Notes under the pieces: model-generated
Seen by the model: only the letters and a program-made list of their open reading frames with translations
The model's database searches: none
What the model was told of the DNA's origin: nothing
In this document: in pieces, positions 62,811-64,000 of the stretch
Layout of the letters: each line of letters opens with the position of its first letter
Numbering within the stretch: the first letter of the stretch is position 1
Program-made: the position numbers and the translations under genes
NCBI RefSeq assembly: GCF_963921235.1
Contig: NC_086097.1
Location: 127,226,001-127,290,000 of the forward strand
Length of the DNA: 64,000 bases
Direction: 5' to 3'
Source: Mobula hypostoma
Taxonomy: Eukaryota

Positions 62811-64000
62811 TTCTGCATTTAGAATGTTGCACACGATTCTGGGCAGATTTTGTTCATGTTCCCCAGCCCCAATAGACTCTTTGCTGTGTTCAACCCAAGA
62901 GCTATATTTTCTAGAGCTTCATCCCTTATTAGAGGAATATATAGAAGGAAGTAACAGTTTGAAGTGGAAAATGTCTTTTCTTGCCACAGGTATTTTCCCT
63001 CACTTTACTTTGCTGTAATTATTACCCATTCTAACTTGATTGTTCGTAGCTGCTTCTAATTTGTCAACTGATTTTTCTCTCTCTATTTCCTTTGCGTATT
63101 TGGCATCCTGTAATGTGATCCGTGGATGATGGCTGGACTCCTGCTATTCCTTCAGGTGGTCCACAGAGAGGACTGTCCCTACACTGTCGCTGTCGCAGTT
63201 TTGCCTCTTTAATGTCCCACCGCTCCTCCTTTGCTTCCCATTCCTCAGGTGCAGTGCTTCCCTGAGCCACCACATTCATCCCTTTATCAGGGCAGGGTCG
63301 GAATAAGGTACTAATAATTACAAAGTAGCTTTAGCACTACCTTTAGAACAAAGCAGTAGTAACCTCTTCCCTGGGGTTAACTGCTGCTGTGTTAAATTCT
63401 GTACCTCTCTGCTTGGACTTTTCCATCACTGAAGTGCCTCTATACAAACTGGAATATTGTCCTCTCGGATCACTTCTGACACAGTTGATGGCTCTATCCC
63501 TGTGTAGGTGAGTGGGGTTACCTTTGGGTCCATCCCCCATCATCCTAACTCCAGCTCCTGTGCAAAGACCTCCGGCTGGCCCCTTTTTGAAAATCAAAGT
63601 AACACAACTTACAGGTGTAGGTGTTCTCATAGAGACGTAGGTCCATTGCAGTGGACTTTTACTCCCTCAGTCATTGGATCCTCGGGCATTTGGTGTGGCC
63701 ACTGCCTCTGCCTGCTTTATATGAGTGCTCGGGTTTGTAACTTCTTGAGAAATTTGCTTATTTAATAGTATAAAAGCTCCAATAAGCTGAATTCTACACA
63801 CTTGGAAGTTTGCTTTTATATAGCAACTTCCACAGCTTGGGTTGTACCAGAGGATTTCCCAGACAAAAAGTCCTTCTCGTCTCAGTGTAAGTGTGGATAA
63901 CATTAAACATAGAATAGTACTGCACCAGAGCATCTTGCAGTGAACTAATTAAATGCTGAACTAAATTAATTACTTATGCTTACAATATGCCCACATCCTC

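Noticed and set aside
1..64000. CRISPR arrays, operons or other prokaryotic systems
   Set aside because: The sequence is eukaryotic intron DNA. Recurrent motifs are dispersed transposon termini, not regularly spaced repeat-spacer arrays.

Overview
Eukaryotic, repeat-dense vertebrate genomic DNA. The repeat mix (CR1, Rex1/Babar, Penelope-like elements, V-SINE and DeuSINE fragments) suggests a cartilaginous fish, but this is inferred. The window lies inside one + strand gene of the BMP5/6/7/8 subfamily, most like BMP6. Two prodomain exons are visible (40902-41094, 193 bp; 57485-57633, 149 bp) with canonical AG/GT sites and compatible phases; the rest is intron. Main observations: (1) A young Penelope-like element (33904-37003) has an open RT+GIY-YIG frame, a perfect 14-bp target-site duplication (TSD) and ~580-bp inverted arms, each carrying a minimal type I hammerhead ribozyme. 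(2) About a dozen related hammerhead motifs are scattered through the introns, including a 209-bp fold-back mini-element with its own TSD (44687-44895). (3) An internally deleted Helitron with a PIF1 helicase remnant is inserted at an A^T site of a CR1. (4) Several MITEs, a solo LTR and SINEs have readable termini, many of them nested. Most short ORFs in the supplied track are spurious or are transposon fragments. All alignments were done by eye, so boundaries of decayed elements are approximate.
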